From Octopus vulgaris (taxonomy: Eukaryota), in contig OX597815.1 in NCBI GenBank assembly GCA_951406725.2, forward strand, positions 155,620,001-155,684,000: DNA of 64,000 nucleotides, read 5' to 3'. Made by a program: the position numbers and the translations under genes. Below, piece by piece: positions 14,011-27,026 of the stretch (position 1 is its first letter; every line of letters begins with the position of its first letter). Below the pieces are notes generated by a model. That model was given only the letters and a program-made list of their open reading frames with translations. It was not told the origin of the DNA and did not search any database.

Positions 14011-14569
14011 GTTAATGACTATGTTTGGGTCTTCCCCTTCAGAACATTAGCCCTGCGCAATTCTCCCCTTTTCATGTCTTTTCTGCAAGCAATGACTTAC
14101 AAAAATAGTTAAAAGGAATGTTAATGGTATCAATCTCACTAGTGTCAGAGAGCCTAGGGCATAGGCATAACCCCACTCTCCTTCAGACTCAATAAATTAA
14201 AGAAGTAAAGGTTCCTAGTTCACCTCCATTTTGTGACTATGAACATATCTAATAATAATTGTCATAGCTAAACCATAAATTGAATGAATATCTGATCAGT
14301 TATTACAGTGTTATAAAATATTTTGTTTAGGAACTGATCTGCATTAATCAACAATATTAGTATCAGAAGTAATATCATAATTACTAATGGTAATTCTTAT
14401 CACTTCTGTAATATTTTTTTTATTTGGTAAACAGAATCAAAACAGGGCTCACAACACTTCTCTAGAGCAACTGGTCTGTGTGCTAATTCACACAGACCAG
14501 TTGCAAAATAGGACCCTATGTAACAGGAGTTGAAACAAACACTACATCTCTGCTGTTAGACACCAATCC

Positions 14570-15144
14570 TTTTGTATTTGAATATTCTGAGTTCAAATTC
14601 CGCAAAAGTCGACTTTGCCTTTCATCCTTTTGGGGTTGATAAATTAAGTACCACTTGTGTACTAGAGGTCAATGTAATTGACTGACCTCCTCCCCAAAAT
14701 TTCGGGCCTTGTGCCTAGAGTAGAAAAAAATATTTCTACATAAGGTGGTGAACTGGCAGAAATGTTAGCAGGCTGGGCGAAATGCGTAGCCGTATTTCGT
14801 CTGTCGTTACGTTCTGAGTTCAAATTCCGCCGAGGTCGACTTTGCCTTTCATCCTTTCGGGGTCGATAAATTAAGTACCAGTTACGCACTGGGGTCGATG
14901 TAATCGACTTAATACCTATGTCTGTCCTTGTTTGTCCCCTCTGTCTTTAGCCCCTTGTGGGTAATAAAGAAATAGGTATTTTGTCTGCTGTTACGTTCTG
15001 AGTTCAAATTCCACTGAAGTTGACTTTGCCTTTCATCCTTTTGGAATCAATAAATTAAGTACCACTTGTGTACTGGGATTGATCTAATCGACTGGCCTGC
15101 TCCCCGCAAAATTTTCGGGCCTTGTACCTAGAGCAGAAAAGAAT
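14570..15144 (+). mobile_element. Cluster of three Nin-like SINEs
   Basis: Three successive ttctgagttcaaattcc..tttgcctttcatcc cores; the middle copy (about 14742-14975) is full length. Confidence 0.85.
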
Positions 15145-15229
15145 ATGTTTCACCAGTGTCATCACTCACAATCAACTGCAATTGCTTACATAAGCACTTC
15201 TATCATTGTAAATAATACTGCAACTGTCA

Positions 15230-16170
15230 AAACCATCACCACCACCACCGTCAACACCAACAGCGCACTTGTTATTACCAGTGCCTCCACTGCCACCATG
15301 ATCACTACATCCCTACTGCCATCATCACCACTACAACTAACACCAACAGTATAGTTAATACTTCCAAAACCACCACCACCACAAACATCATCACCACCAT
15401 GACTGTCACCACCACCATCTTTCCCACTACAGTCAATACCAGTGACATCACAACTACCACCACCACCACCACCACCACCACCACCACTACCACTACCACT
15501 ACCACCACCACCACCACAACCACCACTACCACCACCACCACTACCACTACCACCACCACCACCACCACCACCACCACCATCACAACAACAATCACTATCA
15601 ACATAGTTAATACTGCCAGTGTCCTATCCACCTCCACCACCACCACCACCACCACCACCACTACCATCACCATCACACCATCACTAGTAGGATCAACAGT
15701 GTCATGCTCATCTTCGCCACCACCACCATCACTACCAACAACAACCTGTACAGTTAATATACCATCAATGTCATCACTATCATCCACCGTTACTATCTCT
15801 GTCACTATCATCCACCTCCATCACCAGTCCCCACTGTCACACCACAACTATCACAACTACTGTTACCATCACCAGACAGTCAAGACTACTAGCGTCACCA
15901 CATTGCAAACATTATCACTGCCAATAACTCATCCCCCCACCCCAACCCCCACACCGCCACCTTCCATCACCATATCTATTCTACTATCAAAGCTATTAGT
16001 TGCATTAAATCCAAACATTGCACTCAGACACACCCAACCACATCAATATGTCAATATGTGTCGCAGGAGATGCATAAGAGCAATAAACCCTGACAAAATG
16101 TTCCCATAGCAACCACACAGCTTCTATGACCACCACCACCACTGCCGCCACCACTACCATTATTACCACA
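15230..16170. repeat. Degenerate (ACC)n/(ACT)n low-complexity tract
   Basis: Pure (CAC)n core with decayed flanks; it generates the poly-Thr and poly-Val ORFs. Confidence 0.85.
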
Positions 16171-16726
16171 ACACCATTTCTCTATCACTCCCCTTTCTCT
16201 TTTTTTCTATCTCTCTCACTCTCCTCTTTCGCTTCTCCTTTCTTTTCTCTCTCTCTCTTTCTCTCTCTTGTTCACACTCAGCACAGAAAAAGATCAGAAA
16301 ACCACACCCTAGCAGTTATAAGTTTATCCCATAAATCACAAGAATCTATAAAACTGGTACTTAACTTTAATTTCTGCAGCATGAAGAACATGCGAGATAA
16401 ATATTCTCTCTTGAGCATGATACAAGTTTAAAACGTTTCCTAAGAGATACATATATAATCATTCTTATATTGTGATGTGAAAGTGAAAGTGAAGTTGAAG
16501 ATGTAGCTGTGTGGTTTTTGCTTAGATTCTGGGTTCAACTCTTTTGTGTGGTACTTTAAACAGCATGTGTCTTTGATTGTAGCAGTGAATGGACCAATGA
16601 TTTTTGTGAGTGAATTTGATAGACTGAAAATTGTGCTGAGGCCCATCATTTAGAATAGGCATACTTTTGTTGTTTTGTTTTTTGATAAAAGGAAACTCTT
16701 TATTTTATTTTTTCCTTTCCTTGCCT

Positions 16727-17060
16727 TTAACCCTCAAACACGGAGTATAGGCCACTTATAGTTGAATTCCATGTCGCATAATTTTTCGCTTCTGTACTAA
16801 TACTCTGCCATGAATGTCCCCCTTTCTCTAGTTCCTTTTGTGTTGGTCTACGCCACGAGTTCTTAGGCCTACTTCTCTTTCTATATCCATCCGGATTCCA
16901 CTGTAAAGCACTTTTCACTACATTTGGTGTTTCTTTTCTAATTGTGCTACCAATCCACTTCCACTTTTTCTTAAATATTTGCTTCCTAATCGAAACTTGA
17001 TTTGTTCTTTGCCATAGCTCCATATTGCTTATGTGTTCGGGCCATCTAATTTTAAGATTA
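16727..17060 (-). mobile_element. RTE-clade LINE ORF C-terminus (second family)
   Basis: ELWQRTNQ..KWKWIG..ALQWNPDGYRKRSRPKNSWRR. Confidence 0.85.
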
Positions 17061-17629
17061 TTATTTTATTAGAACATTTAATTACAAAGAAAGAGGAAAG
17101 AAGATAGAGATAAGAAAGAAAAGGGGAAAAAAAGTGGGAGAATAAAACAGGGGAAGATGGAGGGGATGGGGGTGATAGGCCACATATTCCAGAACAAGTG
17201 ATGTACTCAGCTGCACCTCACAGTAATTCCTGCAATGGCACTGCTTTGGAGATTGGTCAGTGACACTTGCTGCAGCAGCCACTCCAACTAATGGGACTCG
17301 TTTCTCCATCAAGCCATCGTTATCCCTATTTTGCAGAGGAAATTGACTGTACAGGGTCCTAAAATACTTGATTAATCAACAGCAACTGGCACAAACTGAT
17401 AGCAGCCACCCAGACCCCAGAACACTGGTTCAAAATCTTCCATCTGGCCCAAACAAACCCGGCTTGGAAAAGTAGATATAAAAATGATGATAATGGCTAT
17501 AGGTGCAGACATGATTATGTAATTAAAACATTTCCTTTGCAACCACATGATTTCAAATTTAGTCCCATTCCATGGCACCTTAGGCATGTGGATCTGTTAT
17601 GTGGAAATTGAAAAAAATTCATTGTGAGT

Positions 17630-17674
<45 letters not shown>

Positions 17675-17924
17675 CATTTATTTGTTTATGTATTTTGTGC
17701 TTCCTTGTTTTGATATCATGTGACAATCATACAAGTGGTGTCATTTGTTTCTAGCCATTTCTGAAAGCATACCCAGACAAGGGGAAATATTATGTTGCTT
17801 GGAAACAAATGAGGATCAGTGACAGGATGGGCATCCATCTGCAGAAAATATGCCTCAGCTAAGTGCCTCTGAATTATGCAAGCTTGGAAAAGTGGATGCT
17901 AAATCGATGATTATGACAGTGATG

Positions 17925-17959
<35 letters not shown>

Positions 17960-18181
17960 AAAGGATTCGAGCGAGGTCATTGCCAGTACTGCCTAACTGG
18001 CCCCTGTGCCGATGGCACGTAAAAAGCACCCACTACACTCTCGGAGTGGTTGGCGTTAGGAAGGGCATCCAGCTGTAGAAACTCTACCAGATCAAGATTG
18101 GAGTCTGGTGTAGCCATCTGGTTCGCCAGCCCTCAGTCAAAATCGTCCAACCCATGACAGCATGGAAAGCAGATGTTAAAC

Positions 18182-18215
<34 letters not shown>
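17960..18215 (+). mobile_element. RTE LINE 3'-UTR fragment
   Basis: Same family 3' end with (GAT)n tail. Confidence 0.8.
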
Positions 18216-18217
<2 letters not shown>

Positions 18218-18286
18218 AATGATATATATATATGCACATACATACATACATACATACATACATACATACATACAGACAGACAGACA

Positions 18287-18348
<62 letters not shown>

Positions 18349-19760
18349 CCTAGGTATATATATATAATCATCACCATTTTACATATATCTTCAGTGTTGA
18401 TATGAGTCAGACAGTTTTAGAGGTTCTAATAAGTTAGAGGCTTGTGTCATGTTCCAATGTGTCTTTGGTATGGTTTCATGGTTTCTACTGTTGGATACCT
18501 TAGAGATGTTGACTGTTATGTATTTAGTCAACCCCAAAACATACAATTTCAGAAGTTATTACAGAGGTTAGTGGATGCATTTTTGTGGCACCAACACTGG
18601 TGAGGTTGCCATGTAACTTGCCAAGCCATATATTTGTATTACATGTATGCGTATACAAGCATATGTGTGTCTCTTGTTTTATGTTCATTAATGTTTTGAT
18701 TTTCAGTTAAGAAAATTAACTTAGCTTTTAGTTAGAAATTGAGAAAATAACTTCTGAAATTGTATGTTTTTGGGTTGACTAAATACATAACAGTCAACAT
18801 CTCTAAAATATTCAAAAGCCATCCTCATGAAAAAGAAAAAAATATCTTAGTAATGACTACTATTAACAATAACTGGCACTCCATTGCTAATAACAACAAG
18901 GGTTCTTGTTGATCCAATCAATGGAATAGCTTGTTCATGGAATTACTGTGCATGCAGCTGAGTACACCATATGCATGTGTACCCTTAATCAAGGAGATTC
19001 AGTGTGACACAGAGTGTGACAAGGCTGACCCTTTGAAATACAAGTACTATTCATCTTTGCCAGCTGAGTGGACTGGAGCAATGTGAAATAAAGTGTCTTG
19101 CTCAAGGACACAATGAAATGTCTAGAATTGAACTCACGACCTTACAACACAAGCTGAATACCCTAACCACAAAGCCACACACCATCACTATTAACAATAA
19201 TTATTTCTAAATTAGACAGAAAGCCATAAATTTGAAGGGGTCTTTATTATTTAAATCAGCTTCGATACATGACTGATATCCTGTTTTACTGGTCCTCAGA
19301 AGATAAAAGGCTGAGGTGCCCTTGGCAGGACTTGGCCTCTGAGCATAAAGAACAGGAACAAATACTATAAGGCACTTTATCCAATGTTCTAAAAATTCTG
19401 CCAAATCCATTATCCTACTAATGAGAATGTTAACAATAAAATAAATACACACACACACACACACACACACAGAAAATTAGATTGGGGTAGAGAAAAGAAG
19501 TGAGAGGAAACAGGAAAATTGAATCTGAGAATCTGAAAATAAAAAAAAATCACAGGTCCAATTTAAAAAAAATAATAAGTTAATTCACTCATACACAAAA
19601 GGATAGCTAGAAAAAAACAGTATGAGAATTACTTTATGTATTAGTTAATTATTTACCTGTTTAAAGAAGAATATAGCTAAGAAAAAGGAAAGAGAACAAT
19701 GTAAAATGGGAAAGAGAAAGGCAGGACAGACTGAAACATCTGAAGTTTATAAAAACTCAC

Positions 19761-19853
19761 TAGAAACAATTGTGAACAGATGTAATGGAGTTGTGTCAAT
19801 GAGCAGATCTAAGAAGTGCAATGAAACTTTTTGATACTTCATAACGGACTGTA
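19761..19853 (-). CDS. Candidate cassette exon in the X-Y linker (QSVMKYQKVSLHFLDLLIDTTPLHLFTIVS)
   Basis: Acceptor tttttatttcttaacag, donor A|gtgagt. 93 nt, open only in phase 1, the phase left by exon 23098-23206. No homology recognised. Confidence 0.3.
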
Positions 19854-20334
19854 CTGTTAAGAAATAAAAATTGAAGATAATAGTGTTCATGATTTGCTAA
19901 ATGGTTGAAATGACTCCAGACTCCTACATGATAAAACAAGTACCAGATAGAAAATAAAAGCAAGGGTTGAATGATCGCCTAAATACTCTTGATGGTGGTG
20001 ATCTAGAATGGTCACAGTCCAGTGACTGAAACTAGTGAAAGAATAAAAGAATAGTGTTTCATTCTGAGATTGTAAATCACCAAACAATTTTCTGGTGTCC
20101 ATTTTAGTTTGCTGTTTAATCTGTCTAAGTCTATCTACTTTATTGCTTTGCTGCTCTCAAGTGACTTGGACAAAGAATGTTTTAATATTTTGAAGATATT
20201 CAGGTGCAGAATATTAAAAACTATTAGATACAAACTCAAAACTCTTCAACAGAAAGGCAGCATCTTTTCTGCTTTCTCCTTTACAGTTTGTTCAGAAAAT
20301 AACTTAACATTCATAACTCACAAGAGGAAAGTTT

Positions 20335-20563
20335 TAACCCTTTTGTTACCATATTTCTGTTGAGGTGCTCTGTGTTTTGTTCAATTAATTTTAGATATAA
20401 CAAAGAATTTAGTGAAAAAAAAACTTATTTATCATTAAGCTAGTGTTAAGAACATAAATTGTGACTGTTTGGTGGAAGATTTTAATTCAAAACTTTTGAA
20501 AATAAGACATTTGTACAATAGAGCCAGAGGCGGTTTCAGGTGGGTTGGTATCAAAAGGGTTAA
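20335..20563. mobile_element. piggyBac-type MITE
   Basis: ttaacccttttg...caaaagggttaa. Reverse copy of the 32340 family. Confidence 0.8.
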
Positions 20564-21082
20564 ATTGTTTTTAGGTTTCATACATAAGGAGTAAATTCTG
20601 TTTACATCCCTATAACTTAGCTGTTCAAAATAAGGGATCGAAAGAATAAGGACCAGGCAAAATACAAAAGTAAGTACTGGGGTTAATTTGTTAGACTAAA
20701 ATAAATTGTTCAAGGTGGTGCTCCAGCTTGGTCATAGTCTAATGACTGAAGTAAGTAAAAGATAAAAGATATGTGTGTATGCTTTGATTCTGCAAGACTT
20801 CACTAAAACGGTTGAGTTAAAGTGTTACTATACTTTTCCTTCTCTGGTAAACAAAAGACCCATAGTGTCAAGGACCTTGTTGGTTTTGACATGTCAAGAC
20901 TAATGGAATGAAAAATACCTTATTGGTGTAAAACAGTTAATTGTTAGTAACAAGAAGAGCATCCAGCCATAGAAAATCTGCATCAATAAATTTCATCTAT
21001 CTCATGCCAGTGTGGAGAGAAAGGAAACAACATAAAAATGATGAGGAAGATGACAATGATTTATGTTTGCGTGTGTGTGTGT

Positions 21083-21119
<37 letters not shown>

Positions 21120-21611
21120 GTGTGTGTGAGTGCATGTGTGTGTATTTCACAATGGTATTTTTCATACTCAATGTGATGCCAGAAATCTTCGGAGAAAATG
21201 ATTTATCAAGAACCACTTAGCCAAAAATAAAATGTAATTTGGATTTCTATATTCTAAAATTGTAGAAATTTATATTACTCGGGATAAATTACTGCAGTAA
21301 CAGTTGCATTAATGTCAAGTTACAAACTGAAAACATGGATGAAGTTCTTTTTTTTTTGTCCATTTGTTAAAATGTTGAGTAGCATAACTTTGCTTTTTAA
21401 AATAATACAAGGTCTTGTCACTAGGACGTTTGGAAAACAAGGCCTTAAAGTTTATAAGCTTACTTTTTCATGTTTTAAATAGCAAGTGTTGTGGCTTCTT
21501 ATATTTTTTTTTCCTGTGAGGATTTAACTGAATTGTTATTATTTGTATCAAAATACTTATAGTATAAATACACAGTATCATTGAATCCAGTCAGAGATGT
21601 AAAAACTTATA

Positions 21612-21649
<38 letters not shown>

Positions 21650-21730
21650 ATAATAATATGAGGGAATATTATTCCAAACTTACAGGGAAAAATTCAATTT
21701 AGAAATACTAAATCAAATTTTACAAAATAT

Positions 21731-21785
<55 letters not shown>

Positions 21786-22816
21786 TAGAAAAAAAACACC
21801 TTTTATCAACTCAATATTGAAAAATTAAATTATACCATCTAGAAAATTACATATTATAGAAAGATTAAATATAAGATAAAACATATAACGATGATTAAGT
21901 AATGTGCAACATAATAAAGAAAACGTATGTATTTACATATATATATATACATATATATACACATATATATATAAATCACCATCATTTAACATCCATGTTC
22001 CATAGAGTCATGGGTTGGTTCTGAAGTGCCCAAGAGTTGCATTGTATTCAAATGTCTGCTTTAGCACAGTTTCTAAAGCTAAATTCCTTTTCTAACACCA
22101 ATCACTTTACAATATGGATTGGATGCTTTTTTTGTGCCACCTGAAGTCACCAAACAGTTTGCAGAAATTTGAACCCACACTGGGCTGAGCATCTTTATGT
22201 AACTGGGTAGTAAAGAAATAGGTATGTGTTCCAGTTTTATGCATTCTGAGAGTAGTACTGCAATGATGCTGGTGCCAAGCAGAATTGGTCAAAGTTAGTG
22301 GACTTTCCTTTGGATAAACATCAGTGACATGTAAAGGAGAGGTTTACAACAGAGATTTCCTAAAAAGATTCTTGCCTACGACTGTGTCATTAAAAGGCTT
22401 GCTTTGCAACCATGTGGTTTGGAGGTTCAGTCCTACTGCATAGCACCTAGGGAAAGTGTCTTCTACTTTGGTCCCAGGCAAGCCGGTGTCTTGTGAGTGA
22501 GTTTGGTAGACAAAATCTCTGTATGTGTGTGTGTGTGAGAGTGCATGTGTGTGTATCTTTGTGTTTATTCCTTCCACCCTTCACTACTTGACAACTGGTG
22601 TTGGTTTATTTACCCCTTAACATAGCGGTTTGGCAAAAGAGACTGACAGAATAAGTGTGAGACTTTAGAAAAATGACTGACTACTGGAGACAATTTATTC
22701 AACGAAACCTTCAAAGTGGTGCCCCAGTATGGCCACAGTCCAATGACTGAAACAAGTAAAAGATAAAAGAAACATGTGTTGATACATGGTCATCATTGCT
22801 CGACAGGAGTCAACGT

Positions 22817-22913
<97 letters not shown>

Positions 22914-23097
22914 TAGGGAACATGATGAAGTGTACCAAAGACTAGTTTCTGATGCAAACATAAAGCTAATTACAATTAACATAAAAGGTGAGGTTAAAAG
23001 TGTATGAATTAAAATTTGTCCTGAAATATTTTTAAGGGAATAAAAATCTTATTGAAAAAGTGAGTACAGTAACATAAAAATAATAAAAGCTACTTGC

Positions 23098-23206
23098 CAT
23101 CAGCAACATCGTCATCTTCGTCATCATCTTCATCATCATCCTCTTCAAAATTGATTGAAGCACTTTCAGAAGAGATCATGCTGCTTGTTCGAGAATGGGT
23201 ACAAAC
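23098..23206 (-). CDS. PLCE1: PLC epsilon exon, acidic X-Y linker (VCTHSRTSSMISSESASINFEEDDDEDDDEDDDVAD-)
   Basis: Acceptor atttctatgacag in phase 0, matching the previous exon. Mixed-codon Asp/Glu run where PLC-epsilon has its acidic linker. Ends at G|gcaagt (GC donor), 109 nt. Confidence 0.8.
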
Positions 23207-23540
23207 CTGTCATAGAAATGTTATTTGTATGAGGAAAATTTATAGTACACACACATACATAGTTAAACCGTCAAGGAAAGCAGGAGAGGGTATTCTGAAA
23301 TATGAATTGACTAAAATTTAAATATGGAAATAAGCTGTGTCACTAGTTATCTGATTTTGGGGAATAAGGGAATGAAAACCAATTTGTAATAATGAAGTCT
23401 ATATGCATAATTCACAATGAAGTACAAATACGAATATCAAAATAATAATCAATAAGACAAAATTAATATATATATATATTACAGAGATGACCTTGCATAG
23501 CAAGTGCTTTGATCTGAGATTGTGTGCTGAAATGAAAACA

Positions 23541-23760
23541 ATTGCAGCGTGGAAGGTGTTTGTAAGCCATTCAAGAAACACACAAAAGCCGTTCGATTCA
23601 CTTCAACATTTAAGTTTAATTTGTCAAAATATTTTCGTCACTTTAACAGGTCATGGTCTTAAAGCGCCGAAAATATTTTGACAAATTAAACTTAAATGTT
23701 GAAGTGAATCGAACGGCTTTTGTGTGTTTCTTAAATGGCTTTCAAACACCTTCCACGCTG

Positions 23761-23764
<4 letters not shown>
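23541..23764. repeat. Fold-back element (arms about 100 bp)
   Basis: attgcagcgtggaagg...aaaatattttcg versus cgaaaatatttt...ccttccacgctgcaat, next to (TA)n. Confidence 0.9.
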
Positions 23765-23803
<39 letters not shown>

Positions 23804-24645
23804 AAGGGTGAAATATGATTAATTTAATAAAATTAATAAACTTCACATAGTAGTTTTTTCGGTATGGAAATGACCATATTTGGTAAGGATTATTTTCGGT
23901 ATGTGGTTTTGAGCAACTTGCTGCAATTAACCCTTTATCATAATTAAAATATATATATACATATGCATGTCTGTATGTAAGTGTGAGATGATGATATAGT
24001 AAAATATAAGTTAGACAGGTAGTTATTAATGACATCAAAGTATTTATAAATTAGTTAACCAGATGTGTGTATAAATATAATTAAGCAGAAAAACAGGAAA
24101 TAAGTCCACAGATGTTCTCATACATAGGTAAGACACCTAGAGAGTTCATACTCTGACATCATAGATAGATGAGAAAAGAATCCAGACAATCCTTTACAGC
24201 TGTTTCTTAGGTTTGGTGATCAACAGGTGCAGTAGTGTGCATTATGCACAAAATTCATGTAGTAAATTGGTGTTAGAAAATGTATATGAAATAATACAAA
24301 TTTAAGTTATAATGATGACACTATGAAATTAATGTACTTGATTACTGAGCAAATGGTTGTGAAGTCAAACCTTATTTTTCTTATAGACACAGTGTTTGAT
24401 GCAGTGTACCTAACTGAACAAAACATTCACCGCTCTGTACTCTATAGTAGGAAGAGCAGCAAAATTCAGTTGCATCAACTACTAAACTACCTCATAGATG
24501 GAAGAAAGTATAAAACAGATATAGATACAAGCAGTTAAAAGACATAGAAAATAGTACATCTCTGACAATGTACTCTGAAATAGTACATCTCTGATAATTC
24601 AATAATTTTTTCCTTACCAAATTCCAAACTGAAAGACATGACCTT

Positions 24646-25494
24646 TCATCATCATCATCATCATTATCGTTTAACGTCCGCTTTCCATGCTAGCACAGGT
24701 TGGATGATTTGACTGAGGACTGGTGAGCCAGATGGCTGCACCAGGCTCCAATCTGATCTGGAAGACTTTCTACAGCTGGATGCTCTTCCTAATGCTAACC
24801 ACTCCAAGAGTGTAGTGGGTGCTTTTACGTGTCATTGGCATGAGAGCCAGTCAGACGGTACTGGCAACGGTCATGTTCAAATGATGTTTTTTATGTGCCA
24901 CCTGCACAGGAACCACTCCAGTAACATTGGCAACAACCTTGCTCAAATGTTTTTTCATGTGTTACTGGCACAATTGCCAGTAAGGCGATGCTGGTATCGA
25001 TCACACTCAAATGATGCTTTTTACATGCCACTGGCATGGAAGCCAGTTTGCTACTCTGGCAACAATCATGCTTGGATGGTACTCTTAGCGTTCCACTATC
25101 ATGGATGCCAGTCATCGAATTTGATTTAGATTTTGATTTCACTTGCCTCAACAGGTCTTCACAAGCAGAGTTTATTGTCCAATGAAGGAAAGGTATGCAT
25201 AAGTGGGCTGGTTACACCCCTAGCATAGGTCACAAGGTTATGGTCTCACTTGGCTTGCCGGGTCTTCTCATGCACAGCATATTTCCAAAGGTCCCAGTCA
25301 CTGGTCATTGCCTCGGTGAGGCCTAATGTTCGAAGGTCATGCTTCACCACTTCATCCCAGGTCTTCCTGGGTCTACCTCTTCCACAGGTTCCCTCAACCG
25401 CTAGGGTGTGGCACTTTTTCACACAGCTATCCTCATCCATTCTCACCACATGACCATACCAGCACAGTCGTCTCTCTTGCGCACCACATCTCAC
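24646..25494 (-). mobile_element. 5'-truncated RTE-clade LINE: ORF end, tandem-repeat 3' UTR and (GAT)n tail
   Basis: ERRLCWYGHVVRMDEDSCVKKC..GRGRPRKTWDEVVKHDL is the RTE ORF end. It continues into the GC-rich repeat unit and ggaaagcggacgttaaacgat(gat)n. Confidence 0.9.
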
Positions 25495-26017
25495 CTTTGT
25501 ATCAATAATTATGAAAATAACGAAGAATTTAGTAAAATAGCTTTGACATTATTAAGCTAGTGTTTATAAAATAAATCAATATGAAATTTTGATGAAAGAT
25601 TTTTATTTAAATCACTTTGAACCAAGAAGTTTGCATTATAGGAACAAGAGCTGTCTGAGGCAGGTCAGTATCAAGAGGATTTATATAGTTCTTATCCAGT
25701 CACTTTAAGTCCATGGTCAAGAAGCTTGTACTGAGGCACATACTTTTTTATATTTTAACCAGTGGTCTTTGGCTGCTATCATTGGTGGTTTGGAGAGGAG
25801 ATTTGAGCAAACCCTAACAGATTGTTAAATAACAATCCTGGAGCACCACCTTTATAGTCGAGCAAATCGACCCCAGAGCTTATATTTTGTAAGCCTAGTA
25901 CTTATTCTATCGGTTTCTTTTGTCAAACTGCTAAGTTACGGGTATGTAAACACACCAGCATTGGTTGTCAAACAATGCTAGGGAGACAAACAGACACACA
26001 AACATACACACACACAT

Positions 26018-26088
<71 letters not shown>

Positions 26089-26994
26089 CGATGAGCTTCT
26101 TCCAGCTTCATTCTACCAAATCCATTTGCAAGTCTTTGGTCAGCCTGAAACTATAGTAAAAGACACCTTCCCAAGGTGTCACGCAGTGGGACTGAACCAG
26201 GAACCATGTGGTTGGTAAGCAAGCTACTTACCACACAGCCACTTCTGCGCCTATGGTGAAAATTTATAGATGTTTGTTTATATATTATTTATTCTTAACT
26301 TATTTTCTATTTAGTAATTAGTTCTTAATAACCCAGTCTATATAATGATGATAGATGCAGTATTAAACTAAAATTCTGCAATTGATGGGAATTCTACTGA
26401 AAAATTTAGTAATTAATACATTTAATTGAAAAAAGTTACGTAATTATCTCTCTTTATTACTCTGCAACAATTGGACATATTCTTTTTGTTTTTTGCTTTC
26501 AAGAAATTGATGTTGTCAATTAAATTGACACCAGTAAATTACCTAATTGATCATCCCATTCCTTCCTCTTTCACCTGTCTTAGAGAACAAGCATAAGGAA
26601 TCTTACTGGATATGCATACACCCCATAGCTTTTACCTAAACTCTCCTTCAAGCCATTTGATATTGACATCTTTCACCATTTACCTATCTGCAGCTATTCC
26701 TATTCATCACAGTTTCGCTTCTGTTCTGTTCTCTTTTTAAAATGGAAATGAGTGAGTCTTGTGACATACACAGCAATTTCTCTAGTGTTTTGAAAAAAGA
26801 TGTAATGTGGTTGGTGTTAGTTAGGAAAGGCATTCAACTGTAGAAATTAATCCAGAAATGAAACTTAGGTATGAGATGTGGTCCTATCACCCATCAAACA
26901 AAGCAACAGTAATCTGTGCAGCCCGTGCGAGAAGTTGAAAGAAACATTAAATGATCAAAATAAGGTGATGTTGATGATAATGATGGCAATGGTA

Positions 26995-27026
<32 letters not shown>

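Noticed and set aside
15305-16109. 236-aa Thr-rich and 168-aa Val-rich ORFs, mucin-like in appearance
   Set aside because: By-products of an (ACC)n microsatellite; no domain or splice support.
17082-17360. GC-richer minus-strand ORF (MEKRVPLVGVAAAASVTDQSPK) as a PLC exon
   Set aside because: Weak acceptor, no clear donor, no recognisable homology.
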